DNA of 64,000 bases from an uncultured delta proteobacterium (GTDB lineage: Bacteria; Bdellovibrionota_C; UBA2361; OMII01), in the NCBI GenBank assembly GCA_903920005.1, contig CAIXKI010000156.1:1029-65028 (forward strand). Reading direction: 5' to 3'. Shown here piece after piece: positions 37,820 through 46,884 of the stretch. The position numbers were made by a program, and so were the translations under genes. The notes beneath the pieces are model-generated. The model did not search any database. It was given only the letters and a program-made list of their open reading frames with translations, and had not been told where the DNA came from. The stretch's first letter is position 1; each line of letters opens with the position of its first letter.

Positions 37820-37995
37820 GCTACTCTGGTATTGCCCAGTATTTGTGCGGCGTTACCTCAAATAGCTTCGTTTTACCGAGGGGTGTGAAACCACACAGGT
37901 TTGTTTACTTTGTTCTACCATTTAGTGCTCTCTGGTGTGTTTACACCTCACGTGGTACCATGATGTTACATTAAAGCGATACGTAAGGGCATTTT

Positions 37996-38880
37996 GTGGG
38001 AAATGAAATACTTTCTAAGTTGAGACATTCCTATGCGGATGCTGTCTTAAGCGGTAGTTCTGAGGAAGCTTCTCGCATAATCGACCAAGGGCTCGCAGGC
38101 GGTGTCATTCCATCGAAGATCTATCTTGAGGTGTTGATGCCCGTGCAGATAGAGCTTGGGGCTAAATGGCATCGGGGCGAGATATCAATTCCGCAGGAGC
38201 ACATCGCGACGCAAATTACGCTTCGTCAGATGGCACGGCTCAAATCACTCTTAAAGACTCGGCTTCGTTTGGGTCTTAAGGCGGTCGTAAGTTCAGTCGA
38301 GGGAGACCAACACTTCATCGGCGCGCAGGCCGTTGCTGATTTTCTTTCCGTTGATGGATGGGAGGTCGATTTCCTCGGCGCGGATGTTCCAACCGACCAC
38401 CTGGTGCCATACACGAAGGCGCGTCAATCGCACCTTGTGTGTGTATCGGTGTCGCTCACCTCTCTTATTCCCGTAGCCGAGAAGTTGATTCAGGAGCTCA
38501 AGAAGATCGATCCAGCCCCAAAGATACTGATTGGTGGAGCCGCGTTTGTGTTGAATCCAGCTCTTGCTGAAAAGGTGGGAGCAGATGCTTATACACCAGA
38601 TCCGCAGCAGGCCGTTGTCACCGCTCGGCAGGTATGTGGCCTTATGAATGCTGAAAATCAGCTCGGTGTTTTTCTTCGTAAGCTCGGACACTCAGTTCAC
38701 GAATATCGAAAGATTCGGGGGTTTAGTCAGCAGGAGCTCGCGACTACCTCAGACCTTGATCGCGCCTACATCAGCGCGGTGGAACACGGTAAGCAAAACA
38801 TCAGCATCGGCGCTATTTCAAAACTCGCGAAGGCGCTCCACGTCTCGATCGAAGAGCTGTTGATAGGGGCGGAGTATTAG
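37996..38880 (+). CDS. cobalamin-binding (CarH-like light-sensor module) protein with a C-terminal XRE-family HTH
   Basis: ELGAKWHRGEISIPQEH gives W-x9-EH in the helical B12-binding_2 region. VEGDQHFIG gives the DxHxxG lower-ligand motif. The C-terminal IRGFSQQELATTSDLDRAYISAVEHGKQNISIGAISKLAKAL is a Cro/C1 HTH. GTG start with AAGGG upstream. Confidence 0.8.
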   Translation: MGNEILSKLRHSYADAVLSGSSEEASRIIDQGLAGGVIPSKIYLEVLMPVQIELGAKWHRGEISIPQEHIATQITLRQMARLKSLLKTRLRLGLKAVVSSVEGDQHFIGAQAVADFLSVDGWEVDFLGADVPTDHLVPYTKARQSHLVCVSVSLTSLIPVAEKLIQELKKIDPAPKILIGGAAFVLNPALAEKVGADAYTPDPQQAVVTARQVCGLMNAENQLGVFLRKLGHSVHEYRKIRGFSQQELATTSDLDRAYISAVEHGKQNISIGAISKLAKALHVSIEELLIGAEY

Positions 38881-38882
38881 CA

Positions 38883-39182
38883 ATGGTTTCGATTCAACGC
38901 TTTATCACACTCGGTCGCTGGGAAGGAACTTCTCTCCTTTTGCTGATGGGCGTGGCCATGCCGCTCAAGTATATGTTTGATTACCCAGCGGCTGTGCGCG
39001 TTGTTGGTATGGTGCACGGTATACTGTTTCTTGCCTATTGCGCGGCGGCTTTACTTGTCGCTCGTAAAGAACAGTGGGGAATATCGAAGCTTGCGCGCTG
39101 TTTAATAGCGTCGTGTCTTCCCTTCGGCACGTTTGTCTTTGAGCGCGAGTTGCGAGCTCAATCTCACATCACTCCTCGGTAG
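38883..39182 (+). CDS. DUF3817-family small membrane protein
   Basis: 99 aa. LGRWEGTSLLLLMGVAMPLKYMF...GMVHGILFLAY...SCLPFGTF fits the DUF3817 pattern. It starts 2 nt after the upstream stop codon. Confidence 0.65.
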   Translation: MVSIQRFITLGRWEGTSLLLLMGVAMPLKYMFDYPAAVRVVGMVHGILFLAYCAAALLVARKEQWGISKLARCLIASCLPFGTFVFERELRAQSHITPR

Positions 39183-39204
39183 ATGGGCCTTTTGAGAAGC
39201 GTGG

Positions 39205-40179
39205 CTAGGGCTTCGTTCCAACCACGGCAGCCGTATGAGGCGCCGGGTGGCCCTCGACCGTCTTGCTCGGATCGCTGGGATCCAGAAAGTCCGCGAGGCT
39301 CTCATACGGGGAGAGTGGCGTTCGTCGCTGCTCTGTAGTGCTTAAGGGGCCGAATGTATGAAGCCTAACGTCCTTGAAGCCGACCTGGTGGAATAGGTCC
39401 TCCATGGATGAGGGGCTCGGTATCGTCCAAGCGTTACGCATCTTTGCGTACCTATCCGGGGCGATGATTTTTAGTGGCTCTGGTTGATTGACCACAAGGC
39501 TCTCAAGGACCACCGTGCCTCCTGGACGCACAGAGTCATAGAGCTGCTTCACCGCGGCGAGGTGGTCGCGTTGGTGATACAGCACTCCCATGCAGAGCAC
39601 TAGATCGAAGAACTGCGGGAAGGCGGTAAGCGACAAGAGCCCCATGGGCAGGAACGCGGTATTTCGAATTCCCAACAGCTTGTGAAGGAACGCGAACTGT
39701 AACCAGCAACGCTCAATTGGATCAAATCCAACCGCGATTTCAGGTTCGAGTTTTGACAGTTTGAAGAGGAAGTAGCCGTTACTACAGCCGACATCCGCGA
39801 TGCGCATACCCTCGCGTTTTGGGAGAAGCGCAGAGATGCGCGACCATTTCATGAAGGATTGCCACTCGGAATCGATGCAGTACGAACCGATCTGATAAGG
39901 TCCTGTGCGCCACGGAAGCAGCGCGCTACAGAGCTGGTCTACATGAGAAAGACCGCATGCTGGGACCGTAATGACATCTCCGGCAGTATCCGCCGGGCCT
40001 TGTGGTATATAGAAGCCAATTGAGCGTTGAAGCTCTTTTCGGATCTCATTCCAATGGCGCGAGCCTCGGAGTAAGCGCCACGCTCTCTTTGTTTCTTGAA
40101 TGACGCTTGCGAGATCGCATTCCCCCTTATACGGATGGAGAGGGTCTATCGTTGACAGAAGTAGAGAAGAGTTCGCCAC
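39205..40179 (-). CDS. cmoB: tRNA U34 carboxymethyltransferase
   Basis: Collinear with E. coli CmoB by eye: LLPWRTGPY, IDSEWQS..KW, IADVGCSNGY, MGVLYHQRD, PDRYAKMRNAWTIPS, TTEQRRT...ESLADFLDPSDPSKTVEGHPAP. GTG start. Confidence 0.92.
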   Translation of the reverse strand: MANSSLLLSTIDPLHPYKGECDLASVIQETKRAWRLLRGSRHWNEIRKELQRSIGFYIPQGPADTAGDVITVPACGLSHVDQLCSALLPWRTGPYQIGSYCIDSEWQSFMKWSRISALLPKREGMRIADVGCSNGYFLFKLSKLEPEIAVGFDPIERCWLQFAFLHKLLGIRNTAFLPMGLLSLTAFPQFFDLVLCMGVLYHQRDHLAAVKQLYDSVRPGGTVVLESLVVNQPEPLKIIAPDRYAKMRNAWTIPSPSSMEDLFHQVGFKDVRLHTFGPLSTTEQRRTPLSPYESLADFLDPSDPSKTVEGHPAPHTAAVVGTKP

Positions 40180-40356
40180 ACAGATCAGGTACCACGGAGC
40201 CCGGGTCTAATCTAGTGCGTGCTTGATTCTTATCCTTTGGCTCGTAAGATATATCTATTTGAGTGATCGCATCGGAATATTCACCGAGACAACAGTGCGA
40301 GTAACTGTTTAAGTTGGACCATTTCCTATTCCTGAGGAGTTAGGACCCGATGAAGG
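40082..40356. repeat. direct repeat copy A (cmoB 5' end + intergenic region + pseudo-apaG 5' end)
   Basis: It aligns base-for-base with 42674..42947 (offset about 2592). The first 29 nt are identical and overall identity is roughly three-quarters by eye. Confidence 0.85.
40259..40356 (+). pseudogene. apaG 5' fragment (pseudo-copy)
   Basis: It translates to LSDRIGIFTETTVRVTV*VGPFPIPEELGPDEG, compared with the intact ApaG MSDRMGTFTETTASVTVSVEPFPILEESRPDEG. There is an in-frame stop and homology ends at 40356. Confidence 0.75.
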
Positions 40357-40413
40357 TATGTGCCAGTGGATGAATCAGGTTGATAATCATGGTGAGAGCC
40401 GTCAACGGCATCT

Positions 40414-42054
40414 CTAAGCCCTCTCTCGCTTCTCCGGTTGTTGTATGCGCTTGTCGGGCAATACCGGCGAGACAATTGCGTTGAGCCAAAACTCCCCGCG
40501 GCGACCCAGTGGATGAATGGCTACTTGAGATTGAATATCGAAGCGCATGTACGAAGGGGTTGTACAAGTGTACGGGGGCCACTCAGAGGTGGCGTTTGTG
40601 TTTGGGTTGCCCGTATGCGCAAACGCAATCAAGACATCTTGCATAAGGTGAGAGAGTCTTTCTCGCTCTTGGATAACGCTCTCGGATTGAGGTGCTCCGA
40701 TGAGCGCCTTGCCGCCTGGCGAGTTCCATGTCCCGAGGAAAAAGGTAACGTCGGATGCGTGCAACGCTCCCCGTCGAGGGTCATTGCAGGGGTAATCAAA
40801 TCGGTACATCCAGCATCGATCGTTGCTCTTCGAAACTCGGTCAGCGAAGATAAGGCTCGGCGCGCCGAACATAGCGTCGCTCAAAAGATGCATTCCCTGA
40901 ACCCCCGCAGGTTCGTGTCCAAGTTCCTCTTGATAGAGCTTTGCAATCTCCCTCTGAAGGTGCTTAGGGATGAAAGGGCATGTGGTCGCCGCCCACTCGG
41001 AGGAGTGGCGGTCCAGCTCTTCATCCCACGTCAGCCACAGTCCGAGCTCGTACTGGGTGAATCCGATGAGGATATCAAATCCATCGGCGGCGCCTTTCGT
41101 TGCGGCAATAAAGGGATCCTGTGTGGTAAATGAGGGGTCTATGCGCGGATAGAAGAGTGTATCCATATCGAAAAGGATGTCACTGTTCTGCACCTTCTTT
41201 GCGCATCGTGTCATTATCTGCTGAGTGGAGAGTGCCTTGAGTTCGCTAAATGTTGAGATTCCTATCTCCTTAAGAAAAGCTCGGGCGCGGGCCTGCCCCT
41301 CTTCGAGTGAGTGCGCGGATCGCTCATGATCGTCACCAAAGCCCGTAACGGAGGCAACGCCGCTCATCATGACGAGGCGCTTAACGCGACCTTTCAGCGC
41401 ACCGGAAGCTACCATCCAACTGATGTCCATACTTCCAGCCGATTCGCCGACTAGGGTAATATTTTCCGGATCGCCCCCGAAAAACGCGATGTTCTGCCTG
41501 ACCCAATCAATTGCGCAGAGCTGATCGCGCACGCAATGTGCGTGAGCCCCTTTTGGGGCATCCTCCCCCAATACGGATAGATCGAGAGCGCCGAAAATTC
41601 CCAAACGATAATTGAATGAAACGGCGACCACATCACCGCGCTGGACCAGAGAATCCATGTGATAGAGGCTTACGCGACTCGACTCAAGCCAATTGGCCCC
41701 GCCATGAATGTACACGACGACAGGGCGTCGTTTCTCGTCAGCGGCGGGGGTGATTACGTTAAGGGTAAGGGAGTCTTCTTCCCCGACAAATAGTGGGTCG
41801 ACCTCTGGCACTATATCCTGAAACTCAAGCACCTTTGATTCTTTTGGATCGAACACTTGAGCCGACGCTGCGCTAAAGGAGAATGCAACGATTGTTTCAG
41901 TCCACGGGGCTTTGGGGATGGGAGGTTGAAAGCGACGCTCTCCAATCGGTGGCTCGGCGTAGGGAATTCCTAAAAATCTGAAAACGTCTCCGTGAACGGA
42001 TTTGACGCCCTTAATCGGACCGCAATGTGGGTTTACTATCAGTTCTTGTACCAT
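40414..42054 (-). CDS. type B carboxylesterase/lipase (para-nitrobenzyl esterase-like)
   Basis: 546 aa. FLGIPYAEPP, VYIHGGANW, nucleophile elbow GESAGS, and the overall length fit the COesterase family. Confidence 0.9.
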   Translation of the reverse strand: MVQELIVNPHCGPIKGVKSVHGDVFRFLGIPYAEPPIGERRFQPPIPKAPWTETIVAFSFSAASAQVFDPKESKVLEFQDIVPEVDPLFVGEEDSLTLNVITPAADEKRRPVVVYIHGGANWLESSRVSLYHMDSLVQRGDVVAVSFNYRLGIFGALDLSVLGEDAPKGAHAHCVRDQLCAIDWVRQNIAFFGGDPENITLVGESAGSMDISWMVASGALKGRVKRLVMMSGVASVTGFGDDHERSAHSLEEGQARARAFLKEIGISTFSELKALSTQQIMTRCAKKVQNSDILFDMDTLFYPRIDPSFTTQDPFIAATKGAADGFDILIGFTQYELGLWLTWDEELDRHSSEWAATTCPFIPKHLQREIAKLYQEELGHEPAGVQGMHLLSDAMFGAPSLIFADRVSKSNDRCWMYRFDYPCNDPRRGALHASDVTFFLGTWNSPGGKALIGAPQSESVIQERERLSHLMQDVLIAFAHTGNPNTNATSEWPPYTCTTPSYMRFDIQSQVAIHPLGRRGEFWLNAIVSPVLPDKRIQQPEKRERA

Positions 42055-42258
42055 CTAGTTTCCCGCTTCAAGTCGAGGCCTGCCTATCTTAACTCTCTCG
42101 CGACGGCGTGCAGAATCACTCTGTCATCTCGGGAAGAGTTAGGCAAAGTTTTCGCTTTATGGCGGCGGAACAAAGCTTGTATTCAAGTTCTGCCTGCCTT
42201 AGCATCTTCCTCGCCGACGTGGAGGAAGGTTATAGAGGGTTTTGCTTAGAAAGGCAGA

Positions 42259-42453
42259 ATGATGAATAACGCACGTACAGTTGTTGTGGGGCAGTTTTGC
42301 CTCCTGCTTCTTTTAACGGGCTCTTTCTTGGCGGTTGTGGCGTACCTTGGTCGTCCTTCCCTGTGGTCTAAAATGAGACAAGAAGCGCCGCAGAACTACC
42401 AGCAACGCATGCAGCTTCAGGCGATATATCTTCGAACCCTTAGCCGTATGTGA
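42259..42453 (+). CDS. possible small membrane protein (weak call)
   Basis: 64-aa ORF with one hydrophobic helix (VVVGQFCLLLLLTGSFLAVVAYL). No recognisable family. Confidence 0.25.
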   Translation: MMNNARTVVVGQFCLLLLLTGSFLAVVAYLGRPSLWSKMRQEAPQNYQQRMQLQAIYLRTLSRM

Positions 42454-42673
42454 TGGAGGTGCCGACTCTCAAGGACTCTATCGGTTTTTGAGGCCCCGTC
42501 GGCATTTTACTATCTTCAGAAAACTAGTAAAGAATTCACTTTCGCAGGCCGTTGGGCAAAACATCGTACTCCTGGTACAAAAGTGATCGGAAGCCGCGTG
42601 CGCTCCAAGTAGTACGGGGATTAGATATGGGCAGTTGGCGACTCCTTGCAGGTGAACTCAGCGCAAGGGCAAA

Positions 42674-42768
42674 GCTCTCTTTGTTTCTTGAATGACGCTT
42701 GCTAGATCGCACTCCCCCTGTAAGGATTGAGGGGCTGTATCGTTGACAAGAGAAGTGGGGGGGGCATC
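42674..42768 (-). pseudogene. cmoB 5' fragment (pseudo-copy)
   Basis: The minus-strand translation MPPPLLLSTIQPLNPYRGECDLASVIQETKRA compares with the intact CmoB MANSSLLLSTIDPLHPYKGECDLASVIQETKRA. It then reads LPLR-stop. Confidence 0.75.
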
Positions 42769-42947
42769 ACCCCGATTTGGGACCACGGAGCCCCGGCCTA
42801 ATCCAGTGCGTGACGAATTCTAATCAGTTGGCTTACAGGAAATCTCTACATGAGCGATCGTATGGGTACATTCACCGAAACAACAGCCAGCGTGACCGTT
42901 TCCGTTGAGCCATTTCCTATCCTTGAGGAATCACGACCCGATGAAGG
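42674..42947. repeat. direct repeat copy B (pseudo-cmoB 5' end + intergenic region + intact apaG 5' end)
   Basis: Partner of 40082..40356, in the same orientation. The two copies bracket the esterase gene. Confidence 0.85.
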
Positions 42948-43251
42948 GGTGTTCGTATTCGCCTATTCAGTGCGGATCGAGAACAATTCAAGCGAAACCA
43001 TTCAATTGGTAGAGCGACATTGGCTTATTGAATCAGCGGGTGAACAGACCGGGGAGGTTTCAGGTCCCGGAGTTGTGGGCTTGCAACCAACACTCTCTCC
43101 CGGAGAGCATTTTGAGTACACCAGCAGCACCGTTATTAAGGATCCGGTTGGTTCGATGCGAGGGTCCTACATCTTTAAACGCAAGAGTGGAGGGTTTTTC
43201 ACGGCCCAGATACCTCGCTTTAAGCTCCTCTATCCATCCTGTTTAAACTAA
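42850..43251 (+). CDS. apaG: ApaG (DUF525) protein
   Basis: 133 aa. FVFAYSVRIENNSSETIQLVERHWLI..G....V.G.GVVGLQP.L.PGE.FEYTS matches E. coli ApaG. Confidence 0.9.
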   Translation: MSDRMGTFTETTASVTVSVEPFPILEESRPDEGVFVFAYSVRIENNSSETIQLVERHWLIESAGEQTGEVSGPGVVGLQPTLSPGEHFEYTSSTVIKDPVGSMRGSYIFKRKSGGFFTAQIPRFKLLYPSCLN

Positions 43252-43440
43252 TGAGGCCCTAAACGACCAAAGTATCGTCGAAGAGCAGCCGAAGCATAAA
43301 GCCTTCCCTACAAAGATCGGATCTTTAAAGCGCGGGGGAGGGTCTAGCCCTCCATAATGAGTATACGAGTTTTGCGTAGTACGCTCCGGCTGTCCCATCC
43401 TCGCAGTGGTCACGCCGTTCACGTGACGTAGAGAAGGCAT

Positions 43441-43608
43441 GATTGGCTTGAAGGAGATGAGCTGAAGGGGCTCGCCCTATGGTTTTATTTCAATGGGGAC
43501 GGCATCTCCGATACTGAAGAGGTGAAGAAGCTGTCTGATGTCGGAGTGCTGGTCATCGGGACCAAGAGCTCCCACGAAGATCCAAAAAACCAGGAATATC
43601 TTCGCTGA
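43441..43608 (+). pseudogene. fragment of a paralog of the 48110..50860 C-terminal calcium-binding-like region
   Basis: DWLEGDELKGLALWFYFNGDGISDTEEVKKLSDVGVLVIG aligns with SGEELEPLALWFDRGADAVVGVGEVRRLSEVGVTRLFL. A stop codon lies immediately upstream and the open stretch is only about 55 codons. Confidence 0.45.
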
Positions 43609-44281
43609 TAAGGGCTACAAATGAAAGGTCGGCGATAGGGTGATCGAGAGCAGCTCTCAGATCTCTGCGCGCTGTTTCAACGATTCCTAGATCGCCTTCA
43701 TAAGAAAGTGATTATTATAATGACTACAACCTGGGTGGCTCACTGTGCGCCAATACTAGTGTAGGATTCGGATGTGCCCCACCTTCTTCAATAAGCGGTA
43801 TGCAGGGCCGGGCTGGAAAGAAAAAAGCACGCACGTACGCCCTGCAAACAATATCAGCCGCGACGCCGGGGGGCGTATATTCACCAACTCAATCGAATGC
43901 TTAACCATAATAATCTTACTATGACTGAGGTGTCGGGAACTCCGGATACCAATCTGAAAGATTTTTTACAAAGTCTCCTCAAGAATAACGGGATACCCCT
44001 CGAGGTCTCTCACGAGGCGCCGGCGCTTTTGATGAAGAGGAAAGATAAGGATACCGAAGGAGTCAGTCAGTTGGGCTGAGTCCTTGGAGACCTGGTCATA
44101 GATCGGGTTGAAAAAGCAACGTCGGGGGTAATCTCACCCCAGGGTTTGGTATTTAGGCTGACACCCACCGGATACTCGATCTCTAAAGATAGTAACTCGC
44201 GGAAATCTACGTGCTCATTCTAGGTTACGGCGCTTTTGAGGTAACGGAGTGGGGGTGAAGGAGAGGATGGTGGGACTTAAG

Positions 44282-44325
44282 AATCAAAAGAAGCCGCGAG
44301 AGAGACGAGGGCTCTCTCTCGCGGC
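44282..44325 (-). terminator. Rho-independent terminator of the 106-aa gene
   Basis: GCCGCGAGAGAG-(7-nt loop)-CTCTCTCGCGGC is a 12-bp perfect stem, followed on the minus strand by TTCTTTTGATTCTT. It lies 18 nt after the stop at 44343. Confidence 0.7.
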
Positions 44326-44342
44326 AGTCTTGGCGGCAACCT

Positions 44343-44663
44343 CTAAGTTTTTTTCTTTCGGATCTGATTGAAGGTGGCAATGAGCGCCATTTTCAAATTC
44401 AGGCTCACATGTTTGCTTTCGGGTTGAGTAAAATCGACAGGCAGACTTGCCTCTCGCCTGAACTCGACCCATTTCTTCAGGAGCGTGTCGAAGCTCCCCT
44501 TACTGGACTTAACAAAGCGCGCAAAGGCGTCTATGAGGTCCTGGTTTGACACATCTAGCCTGACGAAGTTCCCGCTTTCGACGGCGTCCTTCCTCGTTGA
44601 TGAGTCGTCTTCAACCGCCTCAATGTAGATCTCAGGAATCTCCCGTACCATGGAGAACTCCAT
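44343..44663 (-). CDS. hypothetical protein (ORFan)
   Basis: 106-aa ORF followed by its own strong terminator. I recognise no family. Confidence 0.55.
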   Translation of the reverse strand: MEFSMVREIPEIYIEAVEDDSSTRKDAVESGNFVRLDVSNQDLIDAFARFVKSSKGSFDTLLKKWVEFRREASLPVDFTQPESKHVSLNLKMALIATFNQIRKKKT

Positions 44664-45149
44664 TTCATGAAAAACCTTACACTCTTGGTGAAAAACCGTT
44701 TCCCACCATCCAGCTCTTCATCGAGGGTATGCGCCGGAGAACTAACAAGCTCTCTCTACGCGGTGAAGAGATGGATGGTGTTTTCAGAGCGGTGCTTTAC
44801 TTCCTTTTTTTGTTGTAGGCGCAAAGTAACGACACTGAAGAGCGCGACTACTCTTATGGTGCAGATAAAAGAACAACTGCGGGACGGAGAGAAACTACTA
44901 CATAATCGGTGTCGATGGAATAAATTCAGAGTTAGGCACGGCCTCTCTCGAGCCTCTTCCCACCTACTTAGCTGATCGGCGCTCCTCATTGAATGGAGTC
45001 CAGCACGTCCCTAGAGCGTGCTCGAGTCACCTCGGAAGGAGGCGCGTTGACCGCCGTCATCCAGACAAGAGAATGCAGATGGTTAATTGGACGGGGCTTT
45101 CGGAAGCACAATGGTTTCGTGTTCGAAGCTACAACTTTGTAAGCGCCTT

Positions 45150-46706
45150 CTATTTTGGTACGTGTGGATTAGAACTCCTTTCGATACGGAATAGTCCAAA
45201 AGGGCCTAGGTAGTTGGGCATCGTTAGCATAAGGTCCCGTGCAGCAGTTCTGACCTCTGGATCAGGATGTGGGCTGACGCTCCAGGGAAGGCAGAAAACC
45301 CCAAATGGCCCGAAACTAATAGCAGGAACACCCAACAGGCGCATGATACTAGGGATGGCCATCTTCGCGGCGGCGGGGCTCTCGAGCAGAAGCTCTAAGG
45401 TGTTGCGAGCGAGCGAGCTTCTCTTGGGGTTTTTATGTTCGGTATGCAGAAGTCTTTCAGCGAGTCGTCCTATATTTTCTAGCTGACGGGTAGCTTTTCG
45501 ATCGCCCTTGCGCACTCGTTTAAACACCTCCTCCTTAAGTGCTAATAGATTTTCACCTGATGATAAAGCATGCCCGAGAACGTGTTCACACACATCGAGT
45601 AACTCGACATCGTTTGGGCTCGGAGAAGCGCAAAGGTTCCAGAGTAGGGTAATATCTGATTCCCATGGTTGCTGAAGGATCTCTCTCGCTGCAAATGCTA
45701 GCTCTTTGCACTCTGTGGGATCCCGTGTGTCAAGCGCTCCGATAACCGCTCTTTGGAGGGATGAAATACACCACTGAAGAAAGTCGCTTTCAAGGTAGAC
45801 GAAATATTCCGGTATCAGCTCGTAAAGCTGGCATAATCGCGTGTGGTCCCCCGGCTCCGGGAGAGCGATCGAAAGTTTTCGAATCGTCTGCCTGATAAAC
45901 CCGAATTCCGCTATCGGGTGGCTACGGAGGATCTGTCGCGCGTCGCAAGAGCCAGTATCGAAAGTATCCGCGACCGCGTGACCGAGCAGGAAAAAGTTGA
46001 ACAAGTCATCTTTACAGTCGATATCCGCGCACAATCTCAAGCTCTCAACGGCCTTATGCACCATAGGGGCTGGCACATGTCCCTGGTTGACTACTCTCAT
46101 TATGAGATTGGTATCCGGGAGAATTTGTCTGACGTAGAGTGTGGTTAAGACCTCGAGGAGGTTTCCGGCGGTCTGTGCCTGAGTAATATGTGTCGAGCCT
46201 ATCAGTTCAAGGAAGAAAGGCAGATGCGTGTGCAAAAGTGTGGTTCGCAGCGAGGCCTGCACCTCTTCCAGGAATAGCGGCGCGTTTTGGCTGAATAATT
46301 CGTTACGAAGCGTTAGCATGCCTTTTGGAAATTCCGTCTTTCGACAAAAGGTATGAAAGTCAGCCAACGTTCGAGGGGAGTCAAGGAACGAGAATAGGGA
46401 CTCCTGATATCTTTGAAACTCGTGATATGTTTCGAATCCTCTCTTCTCAACATCACGGACGATGTCTCTATATTCGCCTAAGATATGGAGGAGCGACTGA
46501 CGCTCCACATCGTCCCCTTTGCGCTCGCACGGTCCGTGTAATTGCTGTAAACGCTCCAGGGCAGTTTGAACCCTGGACGGTACAAACCTAGCTTTGCCGG
46601 TTGCCTGAAAGCTCAACTCATCGACAAGTTTCACCAAAGGAGTTGGCGGAACGATGCTCGAAGGGCGTCTATGTGGGTGATGTTCCATCATGGGAGCCGA
46701 AACCAC
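45150..46706 (-). CDS. hypothetical all-alpha protein (ORFan, 518 aa)
   Basis: A long uninterrupted ORF with a helical-repeat-like composition and a HEAT-like tail (PDPEVRTAARDLM). It is divergent from 46885..47739. Confidence 0.65.
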   Translation of the reverse strand: MVSAPMMEHHPHRRPSSIVPPTPLVKLVDELSFQATGKARFVPSRVQTALERLQQLHGPCERKGDDVERQSLLHILGEYRDIVRDVEKRGFETYHEFQRYQESLFSFLDSPRTLADFHTFCRKTEFPKGMLTLRNELFSQNAPLFLEEVQASLRTTLLHTHLPFFLELIGSTHITQAQTAGNLLEVLTTLYVRQILPDTNLIMRVVNQGHVPAPMVHKAVESLRLCADIDCKDDLFNFFLLGHAVADTFDTGSCDARQILRSHPIAEFGFIRQTIRKLSIALPEPGDHTRLCQLYELIPEYFVYLESDFLQWCISSLQRAVIGALDTRDPTECKELAFAAREILQQPWESDITLLWNLCASPSPNDVELLDVCEHVLGHALSSGENLLALKEEVFKRVRKGDRKATRQLENIGRLAERLLHTEHKNPKRSSLARNTLELLLESPAAAKMAIPSIMRLLGVPAISFGPFGVFCLPWSVSPHPDPEVRTAARDLMLTMPNYLGPFGLFRIERSSNPHVPK

Positions 46707-46884
46707 CTACTACCGGATAATCTAGCGAAGCTGTGCCCTCGTGGCGGGCCTTATGGCCCGCCGAAACGCACCGCCTCGCCTTGCGACGCATGGTAGCAAA
46801 AACGTAAACGTCTTGGGCAATTACTCTAGTTGTGGCGTAGAGTATTCCACCTATAGTAGAATACAGAGGTTGTAAGACTGTGAG

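Noticed and set aside
40438-41133. 231-aa plus-strand ORF, and other long antisense or alternate-frame ORFs (3676..4401, 3585..4127, 17345..17956, 52139..52684, 57528..58022, 49202..49684)
   Set aside because: Each lies entirely inside a gene with strong family-level homology on the other strand or frame. Their compositions are Arg/Ser/Leu-rich and shadow-ORF-like.
44664-45149. ORFs 44667..44975 (+), 44756..44989 (-) and 44989..45213 (+) in the gap between the 106-aa and 518-aa genes
   Set aside because: They mutually overlap, have Cys/Arg/Ser-rich implausible compositions, and lack an RBS. The gap is left unannotated.
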